Shown here piece by piece: positions 1 to 13,009 of a stretch of 64,000 nt of DNA. The position numbers were made by a program, and so were the translations under genes. How positions within the stretch are numbered: the stretch's first letter is position 1; every line of letters begins with the position of its first letter. Under the pieces are notes generated by a model. It was not told the DNA's origin, made no database searches, and was given only the letters and a program-made list of their open reading frames with translations. Origin of the DNA: Blepharisma stoltei ATCC 30299 (lineage: Eukaryota; Protista; Ciliophora); the NCBI GenBank assembly GCA_965603825.1, contig CBFDEM010000036.1, positions 434,001-498,000 of the forward strand, in the 5' to 3' direction.

Positions 1-2167
1 ATTTTTTGGCTGAGAATCTTTCTTCGTCGCTTGCATACATTCCAGCGTCTACTGGAGGGAGATGCTGATAAAAAGTGTCTTTATGCGGTGGGTTTGCCCC
101 ATATCTTGTATTTGAGACTAGTTGAATAAGTTTATCGTCAGGTCGGAATTGGTTCCTTAGGGTTTCATGAGCTTTATTAAAAAAATCAGTTTGATTCATT
201 TGCGATTTTAAGAAGCCAGATGAAGGCTGAGAAATGTTCATGAATTTTTTCGAATCCTCTTGTAGTCTTTCGCTGTTCGATTGTATAATATTTGTCTGGA
301 TATGCCTTGAGAATTCTCTGAAGTTAACATGCCCACTTTTTTCTTCATCTAAAAATGCCATTAAGTCATCTACATCTCTTTGATCATGAACAATATTATT
401 GACTTCTAAAGCCCCTTCCAGATCTTCTCTAGTAATAAACCCATCTCCATCTCGGTCGAACTTTTTAAAAATCTGGACACTTCTTTGCGAGCCTTGCACA
501 AACATCTTTTCTTCAATCTCTTTGAGAATTTTTTTAATATTTGTATCAGAGCAAGGATCAAAGTCTTTTGTTTGCCTGAACGGAGGAACTGCCCTTTTGA
601 TAATATGCAGCTCTTGAGCAGCCTTTGTGTCTTCCATAAATATATTGTTTGTTATATCTGGAACAGATGCAAGGCCATCTTTATTGTAAATATAAGAAGA
701 TAAGAAGCCTTCTAGTTCTTTTTTGGTTATTTTGATTGTTTGTTTCTCTTTTAGCTTGCTAATAACAAAATCTTTTAACTGCTCTTGAGATACTTTGCCA
801 TCAAAACCAGCTTTTGCAAGATCTTCATTGAGTTCTTCTTGAGACTCAACTCCTTCTCTTAAAAATTGCCTTATCTTGCGCGCTCTCTGGAATATATTAT
901 CAAGCTGGTTGACAGGAGCTTTTTGTCGGTCAATTATTGTCAGACTCCCTTTATATTGCATTGTATTATGCTTTGGTGATTTTCCATGAGTCTGCTCAGC
1001 TTCTAGCTTATTATACTCTTGAATTAAAGGATTAACAGGGGGGCCAACTTCTTCAAGCCTTGCAGCATTTCTTGAGTCGAAATCATTTAATTTTCCTATA
1101 AATTCTCTATAATTTAATCCCCCTTCATTTCCTCCCATATCCATATATAGCAACTTCCAATGTTTTTGATTCGTCACACTTGTAGGTAAATCCATGTTAT
1201 TCAAAATGTTGGCAAAGTATTCAAAATTTATTTTTCCGCTTTTATTTTTATCTCTTCTTATAAATTGTGCAGCCAGCCCATTTATTTTTTCCTTTAAATG
1301 GATTTTAAGCTCATTTTGAATTTTCTTTGTGTGCTGGTTTACTGCAGACTCATGCATTTCAAGCAGTTTCTTTTCTGTATCAGGAGATGGGTCTTCTTCA
1401 GTCAAAGTTGCTAAGTCCACATTTAGCCTATCATCTTGATCAAAAATAAGCTGCATAAATTCATCTAAATTAAGAGCTCCTGTGTGACTTTGATTTGCAC
1501 TTGCCACTAGGACTCTGGCTTCTATCAAGTTTATAGGAATTCCAATTTTATTTACCATTTTGCATACGTCTTCGGGCCTTAAAACGCCTAGAGACCTTTC
1601 ATCCCATTGATTAAAAATTTTTCTGAAGTCCGTTCTATTTGCATAACGCCTTCTCATTGTCCTTCTGATATCAGCAACTTTTTTTAAGTCAACTTTTCCT
1701 TCAAGTGTCCGTTTGTGGTCCATATGTACAAGCTGAGTTTCTTGTATTGCTATTTTATTATCAATTTCTTTGGTTTTATGGTATTTATCGTATTTTTTAA
1801 CGTTTTTTTCTTCTTCATGGGATGGGCGATTAGCTTTCATTTGCGGATTTTTCAGGTAGGGATCGTTATCTCCCCCAGTAAATAAATTTTCTCCTTCTAA
1901 GTTTGAGGTTTTGGGACGAGCAATTGGCTCCCTTGGTTTTATTTTTTTGTGGTGGGTGTCGTAAAAAGTTGTTTGAGATTGAAGTGGGTTGTCTCTCATA
2001 ATAGGAAAAGATTTTACTCTTGATAGCCCTAGCTGAGCTTGATGATAAGGATAAGTGCTTTCATATAGAGGAAGCCGGGTTTTTCTTTCTGCCTTTGTTT
2101 CAGGTGCCGTTCTAATATCTGAATTGCTCACACCTGTCATGTGCAATCGAGGTTTTCGTAGTCCCAT
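1..2167 (-). CDS. Multi-EF-hand calcium-binding protein (EFCAB6/calcyphosin-like); 3' end runs off the window
   Basis: ATG at 2167 (MGLRKPRLH...). Segments read in one frame give EF-hand loops FKKFDRDGDGFITREDL, DEEKSGHVNFREF and NQSHTGALNLDEF. It is absent from the ORF track, consistent with no stop before position 1. Confidence 0.8.
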   Translation of the reverse strand, partial: MGLRKPRLHMTGVSNSDIRTAPETKAERKTRLPLYESTYPYHQAQLGLSRVKSFPIMRDNPLQSQTTFYDTHHKKIKPREPIARPKTSNLEGENLFTGGDNDPYLKNPQMKANRPSHEEEKNVKKYDKYHKTKEIDNKIAIQETQLVHMDHKRTLEGKVDLKKVADIRRTMRRRYANRTDFRKIFNQWDERSLGVLRPEDVCKMVNKIGIPINLIEARVLVASANQSHTGALNLDEFMQLIFDQDDRLNVDLATLTEEDPSPDTEKKLLEMHESAVNQHTKKIQNELKIHLKEKINGLAAQFIRRDKNKSGKINFEYFANILNNMDLPTSVTNQKHWKLLYMDMGGNEGGLNYREFIGKLNDFDSRNAARLEEVGPPVNPLIQEYNKLEAEQTHGKSPKHNTMQYKGSLTIIDRQKAPVNQLDNIFQRARKIRQFLREGVESQEELNEDLAKAGFDGKVSQEQLKDFVISKLKEKQTIKITKKELEGFLSSYIYNKDGLASVPDITNNIFMEDTKAAQELHIIKRAVPPFRQTKDFDPCSDTNIKKILKEIEEKMFVQGSQRSVQIFKKFDRDGDGFITREDLEGALEVNNIVHDQRDVDDLMAFLDEEKSGHVNFREFSRHIQTNIIQSNSERLQEDSKKFMNISQPSSGFLKSQMNQTDFFNKAHETLRNQFRPDDKLIQLVSNTRYGANPPHKDTFYQHLPPVDAGMYASDEERFSAKK

Positions 2168-2822
2168 TTATGTATTTATATAAAATATAATTTTAGTAAC
2201 TTCTGAAAATTTAAACAGAAACTAGATTGTTTGGGAGCACCTATAATGCACTTGAATGATATAAACATTATTATTTGCTATAATTTATTTGCCATTAATT
2301 AAAATTTTACTTTATTAATTGTGATTAAGAGCTGATATAAATCACTAAAAGGAAATAATTTGATAAATAGAATAAATTTTAAATTTAATTTAAAATTTTT
2401 GCTTTTATTTAAGCTTTTAAAAATTGTTCTGAATTTATATTAATAAAATTATTTGCGTTAGAATTTGATGTCTGAATAGTTATTTAAATATGCAATAAAT
2501 TAAGAAAAAGAGACTTTTTAAATTTTTTGGCACATTTAAAAAACATAAATTAATTTTCACCAATCTAACTACGAAAATTCTCATTTCATTTATATTAAAA
2601 AATTTTTCGGCAAAAACTGTAGAAGTTCTTTATATTTCACCATTTATCTAATGAATATAATTTATATATTTATATTAAATTGTGCTTATCTTGAGAGCTC
2701 TTTAAACAATTAATATCTCTGAATAAACCATTTTATAGCTATATAATTGAATAAATTACTTTTTTATTCAAATCAAATTTGTTATTAGAAAAATATGGAT
2801 TAACAGTTTAAAAACGCCGCTG

Positions 2823-3242
2823 TTATCTTAAGAGTAAATGATGCACCTGCAGTTTAGCCTGCAGTTGATTATTTTTTCTTTCTAAACTAATTATTGGAAG
2901 AGCAATGTCTGAAATTTCACCAGGAAATTGAAAACTGACTTCACTGCTTTTACCCTTTTTATGAGTATTCATATGGACCCTGCTTTTATGATAGCTCAAC
3001 TGAGACGACTGCCGGTAAACTTTCTCGCATCCTGGGAAATTGCATTTGAAGGGCTTGGCACCTGTATGGGTGTACAAGTGCTCAGATAGATTTTGCTTAC
3101 TGACCAGCTTTTTTCCGCACATATTGCATTCGAATCTTTTGATCCCGAGATGAAGAGCATTGATATGCCTCTTCAAATTGTACTTACTATTGAAGGATTT
3201 ATCACACCAAATGTAATAACACTTGTAAGTTGTCGCATCCAT
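2823..3242 (-). CDS. C2H2 zinc-finger protein (3 fingers)
   Basis: Three C-x2-4-C...H-x3-4-H fingers with the linker HTGAKPFKC. Confidence 0.9.
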   Translation of the reverse strand: MDATTYKCYYIWCDKSFNSKYNLKRHINALHLGIKRFECNMCGKKLVSKQNLSEHLYTHTGAKPFKCNFPGCEKVYRQSSQLSYHKSRVHMNTHKKGKSSEVSFQFPGEISDIALPIISLERKNNQLQAKLQVHHLLLR

Positions 3243-4092
3243 ATTAAATTTGTGGGCAAAAAATCATCATTTATGAATAAATTTTAGGTATATTAAAAAT
3301 TCTTATTGTATAAAGATAATTTTATATTTTTTTCATGATGGAGAAATCAAAACCTTCAGATAGCGAAAGTTATAAAGCATGTTCTTTATTAACGAATCAG
3401 AATTTTGGTTAAATAAATTAAAAAAATCACAGATTTTTTATTTTCTATAACGAAGCCTATTTTAAAGAAATTATTATAATCAATTTCTATCAGATTTGAG
3501 TGCTTTCGCAAATTATAGGTTTCATTCTCGTTCTCTCTCATTGAAATAAAATGGTGCAAACAACTATAGGGGAAAACCTTAAGTTGTTAAACAACTTTTG
3601 CAATTTTCACAAAGTTTAGACATGAGAGTTCAGAGATTAGAATAGTATACCCTTGATAAGATACGAATGTTGTCCACAAACTATAATTTAAATGTATAGT
3701 CCATTTCTTATTCGAGTCCACTTTGAAAATAAAACATGGTGACAATTATTACTGCTTATTGATAAGCTGTACAATTATAAATAATTAATGATTCTGTTCT
3801 AGATTTTAACGTTCCTAGAGTTAGAAGAATCTTATTTTTTTACAATAATTAAAGCAATAAAGTTAATCGCAAAAGCTTTGAAATACTAATAACTTATATA
3901 TAAAAATATTATTTCGAATAATACTGTTTTATATATTTTAAATGCAAATTTAAGAAAAATGATATGCAGTAGTCAACATGATGCAATGCTTTTGATTAAA
4001 ACTTCTTTAATGATAAAAATTTCACTTATCTCAAAATCTTATTTTGTCTGTTAATTTTTCATAAGCAGTCCATTTTCTGTTAGATATTTGAA

Positions 4093-5349
4093 ATGTCAAG
4101 CCAAGTCAACAATCAAGGAGGTCGGCAGCTAAGCAGAGCTAGCTCCGGAAAAATAGTCAGAAAATTAACTATCAGCACAAACGATGAAAAATCAAGTGAC
4201 TTAGAGAGCTTTATGAATCTTGGCAAAAACTCACCTCATGCAATCAATATTGGAAAAAGCAATGTGTTGGGAAGTCCAAGCAGTGCTAGCAACTCAATGT
4301 TCTCATTTCCAAACTCTCAAACCCAAATTGATCTCAACAGCAAAATTAAATCGCCCACTCGCTACGTTTTCTCAACACACAGTCATAGCAGAATTTTTGC
4401 ATCCGGCACACCGAAATTGCACAGCTCATCTAAGTCAAATCTTCAGCCAAGAGTCCTCACTCCAAAATCTTCCAACTCATCATCTCTGAACTCATCAAAA
4501 AAGGAGCCTATGCAAGAAAAAAGCCTTAACTCCCTCCAAGCACCTCAAAAGAAATCAAATGTAAACGATTACACTGTAAATAGCGTTGTTACAAGAGTGC
4601 AGCCAGTAGCTACAAAAGTAAATGACACTCCTTATAAGGAGCATTTATTCCAAACTTTTCAGTCAATGAAATTCATTAAAAATTTAAGGCTGCCTACAGA
4701 TGAAGAATTAGCTCATAAAATTGTGAATTTACCAAGAAGAAGAGGCTGCGAATATAAGAAAACTGTTGTTTTTGATCTAGACGAGACATTGGTGCACTGT
4801 GTGGAAGACGCAAACAATGCACATGTTCCTATTAGCATTGATTTTCCTACAGGAGAAACAGTGATTGCTGGAATAAATATAAGACCATACGCTAAAGAAG
4901 CGCTCATGGCTGCAAATAAAGACTATGAGGTGATTGTTTTCACCGCATCTCATAAGTGCTATGCAGATAGAGTGTTGGATTATCTTGACCCGACTGGAGT
5001 ACTTATACATCACAGACTTTATAGAGAAAATTGCTTATTTATCGATGGAGTCTATATTAAAGACTTGCGAATACTTGCCAATAGGCAAATTAAAGATACT
5101 GTTATTGTTGACAACGCAGCTTATAGCTTTGCTTATCAATTAGATAACGGAATCCCGATCGTTTCATGGCATGATGATATGACAGATAGAGAGTTATATA
5201 AATTAATTGAATATTTGAGATCCTTGTCAAGATTGGATGATATTAGGATCGCTAATCGTCAAACTTTCCATCTGGACACTTTTTATGCGGATTATATTAG
5301 AGACTACATAAGGCAAACAGATAAAGAAAATATGCCACCAACAAACTAA
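4093..5349 (+). CDS. FCP/SCP (NIF) HAD-family CTD small phosphatase-like protein
   Basis: DLDETLVH catalytic motif, VFTAS, LYRENC, IKDL, IVDNAAYSF, DNGIPI; Ser-rich N-terminus. Confidence 0.92.
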   Translation: MSSQVNNQGGRQLSRASSGKIVRKLTISTNDEKSSDLESFMNLGKNSPHAINIGKSNVLGSPSSASNSMFSFPNSQTQIDLNSKIKSPTRYVFSTHSHSRIFASGTPKLHSSSKSNLQPRVLTPKSSNSSSLNSSKKEPMQEKSLNSLQAPQKKSNVNDYTVNSVVTRVQPVATKVNDTPYKEHLFQTFQSMKFIKNLRLPTDEELAHKIVNLPRRRGCEYKKTVVFDLDETLVHCVEDANNAHVPISIDFPTGETVIAGINIRPYAKEALMAANKDYEVIVFTASHKCYADRVLDYLDPTGVLIHHRLYRENCLFIDGVYIKDLRILANRQIKDTVIVDNAAYSFAYQLDNGIPIVSWHDDMTDRELYKLIEYLRSLSRLDDIRIANRQTFHLDTFYADYIRDYIRQTDKENMPPTN

Positions 5350-5416
5350 TAATAATTTTAACTTCAATTTTAAATAATTGCATAGCAATCTAAAACTTCT
5401 TATTTTGATGTGTTAA

Positions 5417-6055
5417 ATGAATTCTAATTTCGTCAAATTAACCAATGTACTGCAACCCAAAGAAAGAGTAATTTTGCAAAAATATATCACAGCAGAAGCA
5501 ATTAGGCAGGTTAAAGAATCCAATCATTCAGCAATACTGAGCTATAAACTTGAGCCAATAATTCAGATTCATGAAAATACGAGGAGAATCAATGATTTAG
5601 AACATCGTGCAATTGAGGCCTGGAGAGAAACTGATTATAAAAAGCTTAGAAGAACCTATAAAATTGCGAATGAAAATATTCAAGACTATAATCTTATTCA
5701 AAGAAAAATCCTTAAAGACCTTCAAATTCAAGACTCTAAATTTATACGAAAAAGAAGGCCACCTGGCCCTAAACTGGACCCTTTACCCTATTTGAAAAAA
5801 GCAAGAGAAAGACTATCAAATTCTATAGAAGAGCTAGGATGCTCTTCTGATAGCTATGAAGCTCAAGAAACTTATTCACCAGTATTAACTTATATTCCAA
5901 AGCATGGGAAAAAGCCAATAAAGTTTACAGTGGTAAGAGATTTAACACCAACTTTGCATTCAAAAGCTAGTCGAAGCTTTGTTCCGGAGTTCAGATCTCA
6001 ACCCAAAGGACATAAAAATTCGACAATGAAATACCAAAAAAATGAAAATTGATAA
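5417..6055 (+). CDS. Hypothetical basic protein
   Basis: 211-aa ORF ending TGA-TAA (Trp then stop under UGA=Trp). Confidence 0.65.
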
Positions 6056-6448
6056 TGAATAACTTGATGCTTATAAACATATCTCAATATTAGATAATTA
6101 TAAAAGTAGCTTTTCTGTTTTTTTCTTTCACGTGATTATACTATTATACGGCTCATTTTTTAGAAAAAATATTATTCAGATATGCAATAGAATCAAATTC
6201 TTTGGATGCATAGTGCCTGCTTCCTTAGGATATTTTTAAGCTACTCATACTTAAATTTAGAAACCATTATTTTAAAATAGCAAATCTATAATTGCTATGG
6301 AAAAGCAAACTTTGGATGCATAATAATTGAGATTAAAAGATACTCAGCCAATAAAAAAATTTCATGCTAAATAAATCATTAATTTTAATATTTTAAAAAT
6401 TATGAATTGAATTACTTTCTAAATTAGGCTTTTTAATAATTATCTTAA

Positions 6449-7216
6449 ATGAATCAGGCTTTTCAAGCATTTTCTTTTAAATCTGCAGTAAGCAATCAAC
6501 AAAATAAAAGAAAATCTCCAACCTCATGCAGAACACCAAGCACAAGTTCTAGATCAGAAATCAATAATACAAAAGAAAAGACGTTGAATGATTATCGTGA
6601 AATAATCACACAAGCAAAATCTTTCATAAATTTAGTTTCTCACCGACAAAAGCTCAGAGATCTTCTTAAGAAGACTAAAAAAACGGCAAAATCTCCAAGC
6701 TTGTTTTTATTAAGACCAAGTTCTGACATGAATGAGTTCCCAACTCTTAAAAAAAGCAAAAAGAACTCAAGATCGATAAGCGTTTTAGCAAGAAATAAAT
6801 GCAAACTAGTTCTTGAAAATAAAAAGCCATCGGAGGAATATAGAAAAAGTGGCATTTCTTGGGTTCATTATCAGCCGATAGCAAAACACAACGAAACACC
6901 TCATAATAGGGCAAGAAGTGTCCACCTTAAAACTACTATTATTAACGAAAAAACTAGAAGATCTCCTTCGCCAGAGCAAATTGCAAAAAAGACTGCTTCT
7001 ATAATATTTAACTCGAGACCAATTAGCAATAACGAAATAAAAAGAGCGCTATCAAATCCAAGGCAAAATAAAGAATGCTTAAAAACAGATAACATAGATT
7101 CTGAAATTGAAGAAAGCGATTATATCAAAACATTGCTAATTCCAACATATTCAAAATATGAATATGACAACACTGAAGATGATAGTCCAACTTCAGGATT
7201 TAAGCCGAGATATTAA
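6449..7216 (+). CDS. Hypothetical Ser/Lys-rich protein
   Basis: 255-aa ATG-TAA ORF flanked by AT-rich spacers. Confidence 0.65.
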   Translation: MNQAFQAFSFKSAVSNQQNKRKSPTSCRTPSTSSRSEINNTKEKTLNDYREIITQAKSFINLVSHRQKLRDLLKKTKKTAKSPSLFLLRPSSDMNEFPTLKKSKKNSRSISVLARNKCKLVLENKKPSEEYRKSGISWVHYQPIAKHNETPHNRARSVHLKTTIINEKTRRSPSPEQIAKKTASIIFNSRPISNNEIKRALSNPRQNKECLKTDNIDSEIEESDYIKTLLIPTYSKYEYDNTEDDSPTSGFKPRY

Positions 7217-7448
7217 TCTGTAGATAAAGCAAGTTTTCCTTTGTTTTTATACTCCCTAAAAGTAAAAACATTTCAACAAAATTTAATATATTGAAACCTT
7301 TAGAATTACCTACAATCTGCTTTATGACAATGATAATTTAATTAAAATAAGGATTAAATCAGATAATCATGCATTGTTGCAAATAAAAATGAGAATTGAA
7401 ATACTAATCGTTTATATTAAAAAAGAATTGATATACCAAACTTTAAAA

Positions 7449-8672
7449 ATGCAACCATGCAAGAAACATAAAAAGCCACTTGTCAGATTCACAAGCCAAC
7501 AAAAAATGAGGATTCTAAAAGAATTAAAACATAAAACCCTTGAGAAATCACTCAAAATATCAAATACTGAGACTACCATGAATATTGCAAAAGCACCTTT
7601 GAAACGACTTATAATGAGTGGGAAATCTTTACTTCCAAACCTTGATAAGCAGAGGTTGGATTTATCGAGCCAGTCAAAAATCTTAACATCTCCACTTTCA
7701 ACATCTCATTCCTCAAAACTATTGATGTCGCCAAAAGAATTCTCTTTCTGCTTCACTTCCAAAAGCTACGTTAAATCTCATAACGACCACCAAAATATTG
7801 ATAATATTTTGGAGTATAGAAACTTGAGTTCAAGAAAGCTCACAAATATAAAAAATATTTCGTGCACTGCTGTAGAAAACATTAGAGAAAAGTACAAAAA
7901 AGAAATCAAGGAACGAATAAAATTACAAAATTATCAGAATTCTTCGCTGAATTCTTCATTTAAAAACTTACAAAAAGACGAGTCATCTATTTCTACGAAT
8001 CGAGCTAATATAAAAAAACTTGACTCGTCACTTAATTTATTTTGCAAGATACCTCCCAAAGATGAATCAATATTGTCGGGGACGACTACTAGAGAGTTAT
8101 CTTCCAAAAGGATTGCTATTGAAGAATCACCTATAAGCAAGTCTGATGAAAAAAGAATGAAATTTCTGCTTCCTTCAAAGTCAATTTCTTCTAATATCCC
8201 TACAGAAATTCAGAATAAATTCCAACAATTAAATCCACTATTTGAGAAACCTAATACAGAAACTGTAAGTGATATTGAGAAAATTTTAAATGAAAAAAAA
8301 TGAATAAGAAATGAATCAAATAAAATTGATGAAGCTATGGAAAGTGCCTCTGTTGAAGAAGCAAACAAAAGCATTCATAAAGATATAGAAAGGATATTTT
8401 ACCCAGAAGTGACGAAATTTCCTCAAAAGACAGAGATGCCCAAAGTGAGATCACCTGATTTTAAAAAACGGCCATTTGGATTACATGAAAGCTATAATCA
8501 TGATGAGTCTTTGAAGCACTCTTTCATCATACTCGGAACCAGAAATATGGGAAAAAATTCAAATTGTAAGACTAAAAAATATCCTGAAAAAGACAAGCAA
8601 AAATCATATGATCTGGATGATTATAAAATGCTTTCATTTTATTTAGAAATTTGTGATAAAAATATTAGCTAA
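7449..8672 (+). CDS. Hypothetical Ser/Lys-rich protein
   Basis: ORFs 7374..8303 and 8337..8672 are in the same frame, joined through TGA 8301-8303. The ATG at 7449 is the likely start. Confidence 0.65.
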
Positions 8673-9449
8673 TTATTGTAAATAACAATTGTAAAATTTA
8701 GATAATTTTATCATTAATTTATTGATCATTTTTCTATATCCATCAACTATCTACAACCTAAAATTGTTTAAAGCTGTATCAATTGCATGAAGATACATTA
8801 TGAAAGCTTTACTATATTTATGCTTGCTATCATCATGCACAACATTAATTGCAAATCCATCTTTTAATCAAAATTAATGTTTAAATGTCTTAGTTTATAC
8901 AAATTCTAATGAGCAGCAGAAATTATAAGAAACTGATACTTATAACTATATGCATCTGCTCAAATCAAATATTCAACTCATGATGCAAGTAAAAGCAAGG
9001 CTGCATAAATTTTAGCTTTAAATTTCTTAATCATTCTAAAATATCACAGAGATGCATAATGTAGAAAGCTGCTAGGCTATTTATGTTTCGTAATAGTATC
9101 AAGCTTGTCGATACGGGCCAATAATAATTTATATAGCTATATATGATTATTTAATAAAGCTGGCTCAAGTATTTTTAAAGTTTGGAGCATATTAACTTAA
9201 AATCCAATTTATGACAACTCAATCAGGAGTAAGCAGGAATAAAAATATTTTAAAATGATATCAGTGTATTTGAGAGTTTCATTCTCAATTGGTCTCTTAA
9301 ACAAAGTAAAGAGATCAATTAAGTCCAGGATTTTATAAAATATTCTTTCTTTTAATTTATATCTAGCTAAAACTAACTTTAGTATAATTTCCCATCATTA
9401 TCTTAGAAATGCATTGAAACGGGTGCAGAATCCAGCATTAATTATTAAA

Positions 9450-10784
9450 ATGCATGAAAAGCTGAGTCAAGAGATTGCGCACTTATACCATTCTATTTGT
9501 TTTCTAGCAAAAGGAGCATTTGGAGCTGTTTTCAGATGCGTAAATAACTATAGCAACAAAGAGGTTGCCATAAAGGTTTTAAGCAAGCACAAGCTAAGTG
9601 AAAGGGACATTGAGAGGTCAATGCAAGAAGCTAAAATTCTTGAAGAACTCAACCATGAGAACATAGTAAAATTTATCAATGTAAGGCATACAGAAAATTA
9701 TATTCTTATTGAGATGGAGTTGCTGAAAGGAGGAACCTTAAGCCAGTTGATTGAAAAAAGACGATTGACTGAAGAAGAAGCTGCAACCGTCATGAAAGGA
9801 ATTTTCAGAGCTGTTGCTTACTTGCATGATAGAAAAGTGCTGCATAGGGATTTAAAGCCAGACAATATAATGTTCGGAAAGCCTCATGATCTTTCATCAG
9901 TTAAAGTTGCAGATTTTGGGCTAAGCACAAAATATACACTGGTAGAGCAGTTGCACTCAATGGATGGAACAATGGTTTATATGGCTCCCGAACAGGTACT
10001 AGAGCAGCATTATAGCGAGCCTGTAGATATATGAAGCTGTGGACTCATGCTATATACTTTAGTAGCTGGCAAGCATCCTTACTATGAAGAAGGAGACGAC
10101 AAAAACACTATGATCTGAAAACTCAAAAACATTCATTGGGAATACCCTGAAAATTTCCCTCTGCTTGCAAAGGATTTATTCGAGCACTGTGCCACAGTCT
10201 CATACATGGAACGATATACCGCCAATTTAGCTCTTGGGCATCCTTGGATTACAAGATCTGGAGGGAAAATTCCTTTAACCCATATGGAAAGAATGAGAGG
10301 ATACCAAGACCGATTAAACTTGAGAACAATAGCTAATCTCGTCCTTATATTAGGAAAAATTTGTTCTGACTCAGGTAGAAAAATTAGAGAAAAGTATAAA
10401 AGAGTAGCTGATCATCTGCCAGAGGAAGAAGAGGAGGATGAAGAGGAATTCCCAATCCAGAAATTCAATTCAGTCCACGTTTCGGTTTCAGATGCTAGAG
10501 ATCTTCTGAGGCAGTCAAATAGACAATTTAGCACGAATTCGTTTTTGGCAGTCCCAGGCTCAAAATCATCAAGGCCGAAGTCAGGAAGCCCTTCGGTTAC
10601 TAGAAGAGCTGCAGAGCTAACACCACCCTCTTCCAGGGAAGCAATGAGGAATAGAATTCCAAGAATAAGTAGAATTTCACCAAGGCCACAGATGGAAAAA
10701 CTGCCAGATATTCGTAAAACAAGATCTCCTCTCCCGCGCCCTCCAAAAGATTTAGTCCCTTTTAGAAGAACCAAGCTCTCATAA
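9450..10784 (+). CDS. CAMK-group Ser/Thr protein kinase
   Basis: AKGAFGAV, VAIK, HRDLKPDN, DFG and APE motifs; DI(TGA)SCG equals the conserved DIWSCG. A second in-frame TGA near 10116 joins ORF 10206..10784. Confidence 0.92.
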
Positions 10785-10918
10785 GCTGCTAATTGATATT
10801 GTATGAATGAAATTCAATGTGATATATAAGATATAAATACTTAAGTCTAAGCTCTGAAATTATTCTCTAATTTAGAGTAAAATTATCTAAATTCACTAAT
10901 GATCAAACATTTTAAAAT

Positions 10919-12337
10919 TTAATTATACTTGTTCAATTTTTTTGTAGAAAAGTTGACAGGTGAAGCGCATGAAACAGGAGATTTCAAGGGGCTTGACAGC
11001 TTACTATCAAAATCAGGATATTTGTAGCTATACAAAATTTCTTTTTCTTCCATATATTGCTTTAATAAGCTTGCTCTTGACGTTGATGAAGTTAGGCATC
11101 CGCATATAGGAATATTTGAAACTGCACGATAATTTAACTTCCTGAAACTTGATGGAGAGTTATTTAGCATAAAAGTGTCAGACTGCCTTGAATCGTAAGT
11201 AGAAAATAAAAGTGGGGTCTTGCATATGGTTTTTGATTTTCGGTGTGATCTTTGAGTATAGAGTGCATCTCTGGATCAATTCGGATTTCTAGTTGATTCA
11301 ATAAATGATAGCAAATCTTTCATATTGTTTATGTTTTCTTTTTTCGAGTGATCTGTTTTGATATCAGGCACTGGGGAAAGTCTTATGTTCGGCTCATTTT
11401 CGTTTCCACCCATTGAAAATCTTTTATCCTTTATTTTTTCATTTTTTATCTTTCGGCTTCTTTCTTTTTCAAATGTACCAGCAACCATTTCTAAAAAATC
11501 TTTATTGACTTCCCCTCTTGGGCTTAAGGATAGTTTCAGCTTTGGAGCTAAGCTTGAAGCTCTTGTTGGAACCTTATCTTTTTCTTGTGAATTTGAGGTG
11601 TTACGGGAAGGGATTTCTTCAATAGCAGGCCTCATTTTAACTGTTTTTCGTTTTCTAGTGTATACATCCCTTGATAGCAGAAATCTGTTTCTTTCTAGCG
11701 TCATCAAGGTCTGTATAGTTTTCAGACTGACCAGTTTTATAAAAAACAGCTGACCATTATTGTCAATAGCCAGATCATATATTAATCTGTCAACATATTC
11801 CTGCTTTGCTTTATATAATAGCTCAGCAATAATTAGAGTCATGTTAAAAGCTTTTTCTCGAATATTTTGGTCAGTTACAGCAGTCTCTTGAGCTTTGCAA
11901 AAATGAACACTCACAATGTCTTGCTTTAAATAAGTATTTTCATCACAAGCTTTGACTCTAAAAATTCTCGGTGAAAAAGTTCCAGGGGGTGCCATATGAA
12001 TGCTTCTGACTTGCAACCCTCCTAATTGATACTTTGATAAATCATTGACATCCTTCGCCCTGACAATGTTTCTTCCTTTTCTATGGTATAAATAAGCGAT
12101 AACTTGATCAGGCTGGAATTTAGATAAAATTGGGATTTGAACATTCAAGAAATGGTCCAGTAAAAATTTTGCCCTGCTTAGAACTTTGGCTGGCTTTTTA
12201 ACGATCTGATTGCCATTATCATTTGCATATCACTCTAATAGCTTATCACCTTTGCAAAGCCCAACTTCAAGAATTCGGATGGATGTCTTCCTTGTGAAAA
12301 GTAATGACATAAACCATTTATTGCTTCGATCTTCCAT
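10919..12337 (-). CDS. Hypothetical protein
   Basis: ATG at 12337 (MEDRSNKWF). One frame through two TGA joins ORFs 11276..12148 and 10919..11170. Confidence 0.7.
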
Positions 12338-13009
12338 TGATAATATAACTGAATCTTATATAATTTCGAATAAATAAAATTTTGACTGAATTCTGGTATA
12401 TAAAAACTACAGGAAAATTGTCAGCAAAGATTAGAAAGGTTTTTAAAGGTAAAATGTATTGAATTTGCTATTTATGATAGAAATAAAGAAATGAAACAAT
12501 TAGGTGAAAGAATATAAGACATTGATAATACATGCAACTGCGTTTTATTGCTCTTTTAGTCTATAAGAGAAGATCACTCTTTTAAAGCATAAATATTCAT
12601 AATAGTCGGATCAATATTGCAATCAATCATTAAGGGCGATTTAGTTCTATTTCAGTTATCTAAATTTACAAAAATCCAAAATTAGAATGGCAAATCACTG
12701 CTTTTGGCTTTGAATTGCAAATAAGATTAAGAAAGATAGCAGAATATTTATGCTATATCCGAATTTGCAAGTAAACGAAGATTTACACCTATTTAGTTAG
12801 GAGTTGATCTACAGTCTTCTAAAAAAGGGTGAAATCATTAATAAATAAGAAGTCAAATAGGTCTAGCTCTGTCGGAAAGACATATTAAATATAATGAGGA
12901 TTATCAATTATTATTTATATATAATCATTTTATACTATTATATATAAACACTCTTTTAGAGCACTAAAGTTATTGTAATTTAAGATTTTGTAAAGGGTTT
13001 GTGAATAAT

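Noticed and set aside
2168-4092. Possible ncRNA, tRNA or telomere-addition sites in the longer AT-rich spacers (also 8673-9449, 36918-38466, 55441-56287)
   Set aside because: No cloverleaf, convincing C/D box pair or telomeric repeat was recognised by eye; an Infernal/tRNAscan run would be needed.
7374-7448. TTG/GTG starts used by the ORF track (also 9414, 13001, 13513, 21751, 26884, 53776, 56273)
   Set aside because: Eukaryotic gene; a downstream in-frame ATG following an AT-rich leader is the more plausible start.
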